58,012 nucleotides of DNA from Perkinsus chesapeaki ATCC PRA-425 (lineage: Eukaryota > Protista > Perkinsozoa). The stretch covers positions 1 through 58,012 of the forward strand of contig JAAPAO010000171.1 in the NCBI GenBank assembly GCA_013115145.1. Reading direction: 5' to 3'. The translations under genes were made by a program, and so were the position numbers. Below are positions 49,187-58,012 of the stretch, piece by piece (within the stretch, counting starts at the first letter, position 1; every line of letters starts with the position of its first letter). The notes beneath the pieces are model-generated. The model made no database searches, was not told where the DNA came from, and was given only the letters and a program-made list of their open reading frames with translations.

Positions 49187-49350
49187 CTGATGATCGTGTT
49201 GGTGGATGATTTCCTTTCAAGGCTTCCTCCGGCCAATGTAAGCAAGCGCGGCCATAGCGGTCACGGAATCGTGACCTGGTACATGCGTGCAGATCTCTGT
49301 TCGTTGCCCGTAGAGTTATTTGCTACGAAATCAATGGTGTATACACTATG

Positions 49351-50083
49351 TTAAGGGCCACATGTTGGCACTGGACTACTATATGCATCAAATGAGGCTC
49401 CGTTTCGAATTCGTGGCAACAGAATCTGTTGTACTAATATCCTCCGAGACCGGCTGCAAGTTGCCATGCGCGGCCACTGAGTCGGTGACGTCGACAGCTT
49501 GGGCGGAGACAGCATTGGGTAGTTCCCCATCATCACTAACCCGATAGCGACTAGTGTATCACAAAGAGCAATACTATCACGTGGAAGCACCGCGGTATGG
49601 ATACAATCATATATAACATGCGGAGAGGGATTGAGAAATGTGAGGTCGGCTATAGGGCCTGTCAGGACCCTGGGACAGACGACGTAGACACGCGAGCCCT
49701 CACTGGGAAAACACTTACCTTTCGTGGGAGGTGAATTATCGGATAGGGAGATCGAGCACCTTGCAGCGGGAGTGTGCGTGGCCAAGCACACGGAGCATTT
49801 TGGGGCAATAGAGTTCCCTCCGTCCAGAAGGCGCATTCACTAAATGTCCCATGGTCATCTCCAACATCTCCACGTCACGGCGCAACGAAAGACCCACCCT
49901 ACGGTGCAGACCACACGACAGTCCACCATACATACAACTGACAGTGAACCGCAAACGAAGCTCACGCCCTTGATAGTAATCCTTCACTAAGGGATAAGAA
50001 ACCGAGCGAGGTCCGTGTGGGTATGTGAACGTTCCCGCTTCGCGACGCCAAATATAATCCCTTTGCTGTCGTTCGCTCAACAA
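49351..50083 (-). mobile_element. Possible LTR-retrotransposon gag/protease relic
   Basis: CSVCLATHTPAARC (Cx2Cx3Hx5C knuckle), a degenerate second knuckle (KCFP...VVC), then IALCDT resembling the retroviral protease ALLDTG, in frameshifted overlapping ORFs. Confidence 0.35.
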
Positions 50084-50242
50084 GGAGTATTCGGGCTTCT
50101 TGGCAAATCGGCAATTATTGGAATTGTATCCTCGAGCGTGTTACATCTCGTATAACTCGAAACTCAACGCAGAAGGTTCAAACCTTCTTAAAAAGTTTTT
50201 GACGCTTAAAGTGGAAGACGGGCGTGCCTTCCGGGAGTGTAT

Positions 50243-51421
50243 TTACAAGCCTTCGAAAGGTGGAGGAGGGCTCTTCTTGGCAGCAAACCAATCGAGAGCG
50301 GCTTGATGATCCTTGGTAGATGTGAGCGGTCCGCGCTCAACACTTGCCGCCTCGAGCCAAGCGGGGAAATCCTGAAGCAAGTAATGCTATGTAGGAACTG
50401 CAGATGGCAGGAAATCTAACCTCGTCGAGCTTCTTTCGAATAACTTTCTTGGCGGCCCGAACACCAAGCGGGCCATTATTCGCAATAGTCGAAGCCAGCT
50501 CCAAAGACATATCGAAAACCTGAGCGATTATCGAAAGGGCAATCGAGAGAGACGTGAACTCTTACTGCCACAGCATCGTCGTTCTCCGTCAACCTATTAA
50601 CCAGACCCAGCCTATATGCCTCGGATCCTTGCACTGGCCGTGAAGTGTAAATCTGATATTGGCTGCTGCGATGTGGCAGTCTATACAACGGTTACCATGT
50701 CCAGTGCTGTAGAAATGGGGAGCATCATAGGTAAGAGTACACATCCACCAACTCCAGGTATCAAACCGAGGGCCGTCTCAGGAAGCCGGAACACTGTCTT
50801 GGGAGATGCAACACGCAACTGGAAGGCAAAAGTGAAGGCAACGCTGAGGTCCGGTACTCACGTCACAGGCAAGGGTGAACTCTAGTCCACCGCCCATAGC
50901 ATGACCATGCACTGCACCAATGACGGGCATGGGGAGGCCTAGCACAGCTTTAACGCCTTCTTTCATGGCCATGAGGTATCTAAAGCGATAAGTCTGGCTG
51001 GGCAGGCGTGGACAAACTCTCACTGTGTGGCGTAATCTGCAGTGAAGCTCCTGGAGGCCTTCAAGTCTCGTCCCGAACAGAAGGACTTTCCTTCGCCAGA
51101 CAGAATCACAGCACGACACTCGCTTTTCGGAAGGGCCGCCAAATACTGCAAGCAGATTCTTGACCAAGTATCCACCGCTCCCTCCTTGCCTTTGTAGCGC
51201 TAATGACGTCCTTCATCATCTCTATAGTAATAGCGTTACGAACATCTGGCCTGTTGAAGGCCAGGTTGTAGACATTAGAGGCACCTGCTGGTACGGCTGC
51301 CTCGGAGAGGATAATACTATGACCCACCCCGTGGAGCCTTCCGAAGGAGAACTTGCCCAGATACCAATCCAGCCTCTGCCGCAAGGGAGTGGCATAGTCT
51401 GGCTCTTGCAGCTGATAGCAT
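50243..51421 (-). CDS. Enoyl-CoA hydratase/crotonase family protein with mitochondrial-type presequence, multi-exon
   Basis: MLSAARARLCHSL...; FNRPDVRNAI; RAVILSGEGKSFCSGRDLK; PVIGAVHGHAMGGGLEFTLACD; FRLPETALGLIPGVGG; EAYRLGLVNR; ...DHQAALDWFAAKKSPPPPFEGL* (TAA ending at 50243). Confidence 0.93.
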
Positions 51422-52067
51422 TACTAACAAACTAAGTTGGCGAGCAAATTGCAAATTCGACGGAGATCAGGCTCGCTATACCGTAACATAAATTCGTCTT
51501 GGTGGAGCACCTCAGGTGTGCGCCATCATTTCTCTCGAGGGATTGTGGAGCGAGCGTACTTGGACGACTCCACAATGATATAAGAGAGCGAGCCGTGGAA
51601 TGCTCCGAGTACCAGCGGTTGAGCGGGTCAAGACCTATTGAAAAAGAGCAGCCATAGGTCGAAACCAACACACTTGAAAAGTTCAAGTCAGATAGCTCCA
51701 TCGTGGAGCGGCGCCTGAATCTGCTGCGTCACGCCGGTTGTACACTACAGTTAAGAAGGAGTTGCTTTTAGTAGTGGGATCCACTCTACCTTCGGTTTAT
51801 ATTGTCTAAAATGGCCCTCCTCGCGGTCTCAAAGTGATACCAGTAACGACAGTGTTCGTGCCATGCACGGCACGACCAAGACCAAACTTCAGCCGCAGTT
51901 TCTTGTGTGCGGCTCCCTCTACCCTCTCTAATGTTCGAATGCCAATTCGCTGGTCTCGGGAGACCCTCCTAGGGAGAGACGGTAACGTCGCAGGTCGATA
52001 CAGGTCGGCTCACTTACAACACAACTACCGTCTCTGGGAACTATAAGAATCATAATAATTATAAAAA

Positions 52068-53277
52068 TCAATTAGCAGCGCGCTCTTCTCTAACAATCAA
52101 TCTATCAGACTTGCCGTTCCACACAACCACAGCCCTACGGCCTTCCACAGCTTTGAGGATCATATCAAGGCTTCTGCCAAGTCGAGCCATAAGTCGATGT
52201 CTGACCTCGGGCTGGCAGCGTCTTTCATAGAAAGCCTCGGAGGTAACCTCAGTGATGTTAACAATGGCTTCATCTTGTCGCTCACCGATGACCAGTCTAT
52301 CACAGCTACCGAGAGCCAGCTGAAAGTAAGTGTGCACATCTGCTCTGCGCGGTTGACTTAGTGCTTTCACTTCGACTAAAGTTGCACCCGGACGGAAATT
52401 CCCCGAGCTTTGCCACCACAACTTGGACTTGCCATGCTGGCATACTGGTTCCCAGCCTTCCCACGACAATGAGACATTCAGCTCGTCAATGTCGGCCTCC
52501 TGGGCATCGGTTTCAGCGCGGACGAGGATGTTGAACTCTCCAAGCTTCAGGTGAGAGACGGCGTGGTGCCTCAAAAGACCAGCTGAACCACCAGGCGGGG
52601 ATGTGACGGCCTCCTCGAAGGACCAGCCATAGGTAGGCTGCCGACCGTGGAACTTCCAGCTTCCTTCGATGACTGCAGGCCCTGCCCCTGTGCTGTCTAT
52701 GGTGAACTCGAATGGGCGAGAGCTCCTGTTGCCGGAGAGAAAGCGCAGAAGGTCTGATAAATGGCCACGATTAGTAATAAGAGAAACCGTGGACCAATCA
52801 AAAGTCGGCGTGCAGTTCTCGACGACGTGATGAAGTGTCTCGAGCGGATGAGCCAGATCGAAGTCACTGAGGGCATTCTCGCATGACCTATTGGAAATAA
52901 TAAGCCCCATCCAAATGGGGGCAGATCTTACCCTCCGCCTTATTCCAAGTGTATCTCTGAGATGCTCAGAGGTAGTATATACACTGGGGGACAACAATCC
53001 TCGTGTCGGATGGAGTCGAGCTTTTGTGCCACGAGTAGGACCCAATAAGCCGCACCGTCCATGGCCATCCGCCGCTGGGCTCATCAGACAGCTCATTTCT
53101 ATTGACCAAAGCCAGATACTTCGTCAAGGGTCGAGGAGGAATTGTTAGAACTCCAGCAATCGGTTGGTTATGAGCTCTATTCCCACCATTCGGTCCACTT
53201 CGACGGTTGGGGTCATTAAGTGCCCCCGCCGGTGGACGAAAGCCGCGAGAGCTAGAAGGGGCTGCTGAGACCGACAT
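52068..53277 (-). CDS. DXO/Rai1-like (PD-(D/E)XK fold) RNA 5'-end nuclease/decapping protein, 2 exons, ~383 aa
   Basis: Exon 1 53277-52985 (...VRLIGSYSWHK...IVVP), a 58-nt GT-AG intron, exon 2 52926-52068. Motifs in family order: TNRGHL (Arg), YGWSFEE (GxxFE), VRAETDA (ExD), VEVKA (ExK), YFQL (Gln). Confidence 0.72.
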
Positions 53278-53584
53278 TGAAATAGAAAAACAGACGATGA
53301 TGGTATCGAGTTTGATAGGCACACACGAGGGCCAATTATCTTGAACAATAGCGTAACATGGGGGGCTTGATAGCAAAGTGCCCATGATGGATGCCAGGTC
53401 ACTAGCCGAATGCCATTTCAGGGGCAGACTTCGTGACGAATTGTGTGGTGGGCTCCGAGACGCTCAAGGCGGGAGATGAGTAAATCTAGCACCAAATTTT
53501 GTTGCGCAGCTCTGCAGTGGCCCACGTAGATGCAAATACGGAGACCGAACGCAAAAGCCTTTGACCTTCCAAAATAGAAACACG

Positions 53585-55634
53585 TCAATTTTTTTGGGTC
53601 GTCGATGGGACCGTTTGAGTAACCAAGGTAGGCCCTGGCCCCAGGTGACAACGCTTGCTCTCATGCCCAGGCTGGCCGCACCTGTTCCAGTGATGATGAG
53701 TCCACAAGTCAGTATTACAGGACCTACCTGTGGCACACTCTTCGATTAGGGCACGATCGAGCCATGTGACCGAAACCAAGGCACTGTAGGCATTGGACGG
53801 TGGAATCACAGACCCACGCCGCAACTCCACTAGTTCCATACTACTTGTCAACATCATCAACGGATATCAACTGGAGCTCACCTGGTTATGTTGTTGCCCC
53901 GCCTGCGGGCACATCCGACTCTCGTGGCCTGTCATTCCACACCTACCACAGGACTGTCTACCCAACACAACAGCAGCAGCCGCGGATGGCACCACCTATG
54001 GCATGCCCTGGGGTTCGGGCAATGTCGAGCAATGTGGCCGTATTGCAGACACTGAAGGCATTGAACTCCAGAGCTATCACGCCGTCCTGCGCCAGTGCCT
54101 TGTATCATTCCAAAGGGAACGTTAGCCTGACGACCATGACAGCTTGTACAGCACACAATGTCTTGGGGACACCTCACCAGCTAGCATTGCAACCACCGAA
54201 GGCATGTTGTCGCCTCCTTGCAAATGACAAGATTCGCAATTCGGGCGCTCGACTACAAAGACTCTCCTATCACAGAGTAGGCTGCAGGGGAATGCAAACT
54301 GTTGACAGTACTCGCGCCAACGTCAGCCCTCTTACGAAATAATAATCATATCTGGATGACTAATGAAATCTATTCGAGTATTTCTCGGTGTAAAACACCC
54401 GCACGGTACAATACTTCCAGTATCAACAAAGACATAAGTTGGTAGCTGTAGAATTGACTACTCACCGCAACGACGGTTCTCCCAGCAGCAGCATCAGCAT
54501 ACTGTCCCACTATAACTCGATTTCTCAACGGGTTGGGGCACGAGCGGCTCTCGTGTCCAGGCTCACCACACCTACCAACGCTCCACGATCATCATCAAAC
54601 AACATCCACAACAACACTACACCTTCACACCTGTGACACACTCTTGGGTTGGGGCAGTCTCGAGCCATATGCCCATACTGCAGGCACTGCAGGCACTGGA
54701 CACCGGCATGCCACAACAACGGTAACGGAGACTCTGCCTGCAAGGATACGATGGGCAGCAAGTCGACATTACCGAGGCAACTACGTCAGTTCTGATCTCG
54801 TATCGGCCGTGACGCATCTGACATTCACCCGACTTGTGGCCTGCCTTTTTACAACTGACACAGACCGTCTCCGGCGGCGGGCACTGCGCTCCGACTGGCA
54901 TGTCTACATTCGACAGAGCGGTGGCTCCGGACACTGCTTTATCATGTGCCCTGTCCCGCCGCAGTTGTGACATTTGACGCCACACCATACAGCCGGATGG
55001 CCATACTCACCACACTTGTCGCACAAGATCGGATTCGGGCAGGTCTCGGCCTGCCAGCGATCTACCAACTACAAACCCCTCGGTGGTGTGACTACGCTAT
55101 GGCCCACTCGCCGACATCTCCCACAGGTCTCCTGGTTCACCGGGCAATCCTTTGAGCTGTGCCCCGACTAACAACATGGGCAACTCACCCTGGAACATGA
55201 CGAATTCGGAGTACTTGGAAACACTTGGTACAAGTCGTGGCATTGGGGCACTCTCGTGCCCGATGACCATATCGGAAGCAGTTAGCACATTTACCTTGGA
55301 ACGGCGGACGCGATGTCTCTGTTCTGAAAGGTTCGCATATGCACCGATAAAAGAGTTAAGAGATCAGCACCTGCTGGTTCGGTCAGGAGGCGCCGAGGTA
55401 ACCTGGAAGTAAGCCAATTCCGTGATGATGCTGTCGACTTGCCAGTCTCACCTGAAGCTGGCCTTCCACTTCACCCTGCATGATCGGTGACGGACTAAAC
55501 ACAGTAAACTGAAGCAGCTTCTACACCAGTCTCTGACCTCACCATTGTGCTGCAGTATGTCCCCTACCACCGCAGTTGATACACCTCTCGGTCACTCCAT
55601 CTCGACTCCGACTCCTCTCGCGGCTGGTAGACAT
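53585..55634 (-). CDS. Poly-CCHC zinc-knuckle nucleic-acid-binding protein (~14 knuckles, N-terminal RS dipeptides), multi-exon, apparently frameshifted at knuckle 7
   Basis: ATG 55634: MSTSRERSRSRD..CINCGGRGHTAAQC; CANCFRYGHRAREC; CTKCFQSGHSSKDC; CGRCRRVGHSAETC; CDKCGEYGHPAVWC; CHNCGGTGHMIKQC; broken CRM*; CVSCKKAGHKSGEC; then three CLQC..GH.AR.C + CHRCG..GHES..C pairs. Confidence 0.85.
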
Positions 55635-55710
55635 GTAAGCGTGCATGTTTTGGTCATTGAAAGGCACTCCCACGCAACAATGAAGCTATCGGGCAACAAC
55701 GGGCACACAA

Positions 55711-57933
55711 CTAGCAGATCGTGGACTTGCCGAATTGATCGAAGAACTCATCATGGACATCACCACACTTTGTGACAAGTGGTGGCTCTTCTCTCTTTCG
55801 TGCGGCAGTGTGGATATTTTCAACCTGACCAGCAGAGACAGTTCCAAAGACATAAGCTCAGGTCAAGGAAAGTCGGGTGAAATCTGGCAAGGAGATGCTC
55901 CTAGGAGACACAGTATGATTGCCTCCTACAAATTTACCGCTCGTCTCCATTGTGGAGTAATAGAAAATATCATAGAGTCATATCGTCTATATCCCTGTGT
56001 ACTTACAGCAACCCCTCTGAGCATCGCCGCCTTCTCTCTGTAACGTTGAGCCATCTCCTTCACCGCCGCACGTCTCTCCTTCTCCCTCGTCATAGCTTCC
56101 AACGCTTCCTCAGATTTTTCAATTGTCAAATTCATACGAGACGCTTCGACCTTCGCAAAAAATAACAAACACTTCTTCGCTTAACTCGGATACCTGCTCA
56201 TCCCGCACTGCATTCACGTCTTTGTCGGCTCCACCAGGTGCTCCCCGATAAGCGTCTTTCCTGTACCGTCGGCCTGGAGAACCGCTGCGACATTTCCGAT
56301 AATTTCGTGGCGCACCTCCGTCTAGCTTCACCGTTGGAGGTTCATTGATAATCCTTTGCTCACATTTCATGTACTCAAGCTCGGCCCTGGCCAGAGACTC
56401 CTCAGCGTCACGCGCCGCGAAATGACGATGGGCAGCTTCCTCTGCCAGTTTACGATTGGCCTCAAATGTTCTGAGATAACACACAAGTTTACCGCGCGCC
56501 ACGAAATAGCTTCCTCACTCCTTCGCCAGTCTCCGCGCTCGTGCAGCTATATCTTCCTTGGGGCCAGCAAGATCTCCGTACGGGCGAGCAGGCATGGCGG
56601 CCTGGAAAAAACAACTCCGTACAAACTAGGTTTGTTTGAGAGGCCCCATGATCCCAAGATGTTGGTGGAACCGCCATCAACTGTAGGTACCGAAAAGCGT
56701 GCAAGTCTGAAGCACACAATTTTCCCGGACATTGCCGTTGATCAATCAAACCTCACCCCAGAATTTTCGAGGCGAAGGGATTGTCGAGACGTTCAAATGT
56801 CGGAAGTCCGATGCTTACATTGTATTCGGATACTTTGTGTTTGCGGCGAATCTTCTCAAACATCTGCTGCTCGAGTGCATCCCTCTGCTGTTTTTTCTGT
56901 TCTCTCTCTCGTGCCTTCTTCAGCTCATCCTCACCTTCCATCACTTGCACCGACGATGGCCCGTACCTAACAATTGTTAAACGAAGCTCTCTGAAATAGG
57001 CGTTATATTCCTTCAATCAATATTCATACGTGGTGCCAGTGAGCGGCGGACGCCCTTCTGTATATTATATTATTTACCAATATTTTTGAATACCACCGGA
57101 ACGACACGGAGTTTGTCCATTACTTCTCAACCGAGGTGACATTGTTCTCTGCAGCATCCCTCGCTTGCCGTTCAGCAACTTGCTTGGCGAGAAATGCCCG
57201 CAGTTCAGCTTGCGTCGCGCGCCGCGAATTGTGAACCTAGCAGAGATAGCTCGGCCGCGGCGCTCCTTCAGAGTATAAGCCAACCACCGAGTGAGCGAGA
57301 AAGCCCAGAAGGTCCCATGCTTTATGGTAAATGACCTACCTCCATCTCCTTCTTAGTGAGCTCCTCATGCGCCCTCATCACTGCCCTTTCGAGAGCCTTC
57401 TCTTTCTCTCTTTCAGACTGCAATCGAGCTACTTTCTCAGCAATCTGACAGATAAGCGTCGAAATGAGAAAATATTCCCCATCATTAGAAAGACTATTGT
57501 GTGACGATACCGCCCGAAATGCCCCGCACTGTGGTGTCATCACAGGGGGGTGGTTTCTAGTATACCCGGCGGCGAGTTGTTGCCTGACGGTGGTGTAATG
57601 AAACAGCAATGATGCTTAATCATGCTCTAAGACGACCATAGGGCTAATTCCCGAATCAGAATAGCCTACTACTATACGAAGATTTGGAGAGATGGATATA
57701 TACAAAGATCATTGATTCACATGAAAACGGGACATAGCAAACACGGTTTAAAATGGATATAACAATATATACTGGGGGCCTTCCCGCCGCCGGTCACTGA
57801 TGGTAACCTGTACACTCGAAATTTTACCACGGCTCAGTAAGTTATGACTTGAACTACTTGAACCCGCTGCCACACCGATACACCTATACTGGCTATAATC
57901 AGCGACCTGGTCGAAGGGGACAGACTGCTGCAC
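55711..57933 (-). CDS. Charged coiled-coil protein (E/K/R-rich), multi-exon; 5' end uncertain
   Basis: EKVARLQSEREKEKALERAVMRAHEEL; ELKKAREREQKKQQRDALEQQMFEK; EANRKLAEEAAHRHFAARDAEESLARAELE; EALEAMTREKERRAAVKEMAQRYREK. Inferred last exon ends ...KSTIC* at 55711. Confidence 0.55.
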
Positions 57934-57938
57934 AAGAC

Positions 57939-57939
<1 letters not shown>

Positions 57940-58012
<73 letters not shown>
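57940..58012. repeat. (AAT)n microsatellite running to the window end
   Basis: About 24 perfect AAT units. Confidence 0.99.

Noticed and set aside
51432-52046. Possible additional small minus-strand gene between the hydratase and DXO-like genes
   Set aside because: No consistent exon chain or domain could be built.
53029-53096. ORF-track start of the 342-aa ORF (MSCLMSPAADG...)
   Set aside because: Another frame carries the family-like SYSW...IVVP motif and splices in phase, so the track N-terminus is probably not real.
1-58012. In-frame TGA/TAG/TAA in many frames as a sign of stop-codon reassignment
   Set aside because: Long conserved ORFs (photolyase, TTC39-like) have no internal stops, and most stops are removed by ordinary GT-AG introns.

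Overview
Eukaryotic, gene-dense window with short GT-AG introns. The gene style and families suggest a Perkinsus-like alveolate; this is my inference and was not checked against any database. I reconstructed exons by eye, so boundaries are approximate unless stated. Left to right: 3' part of an S10 serine carboxypeptidase (+); a minus-strand block (unknown genes, intronless class II CPD photolyase, intronless TTC39/IML2-like protein, intronless KA1-like/ARM-like protein, nucleotide-sugar transporter, decayed reading frame); a large CNNM metal transporter gene (+) whose introns hold a Ty3/Gypsy RT relic and a 48-bp repeat built from a duplicated splice acceptor; an equilibrative nucleoside transporter (+) with a hairpin-rich intronic insert and a 34-bp minisatellite across an N gap; a mostly plus-strand block (U1/matrin-type zinc-finger protein, glycerate 3-kinase, EF-hand-like protein, RluA pseudouridine synthase); and a minus-strand block (two tandem membrane-interrupted TIR/HET-like genes, a possible gag/protease relic, enoyl-CoA hydratase, a DXO/Rai1-like nuclease, a ~14-knuckle CCHC protein, a coiled-coil protein), ending in (AAT)n. 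The best candidates for new biology are the TM-interrupted TIR/HET pair, the array of stop-containing decoy splice acceptors in CNNM, and the DXO-like nuclease next to the poly-zinc-knuckle gene. I found no rRNA, tRNA, SL RNA or CRISPR array.
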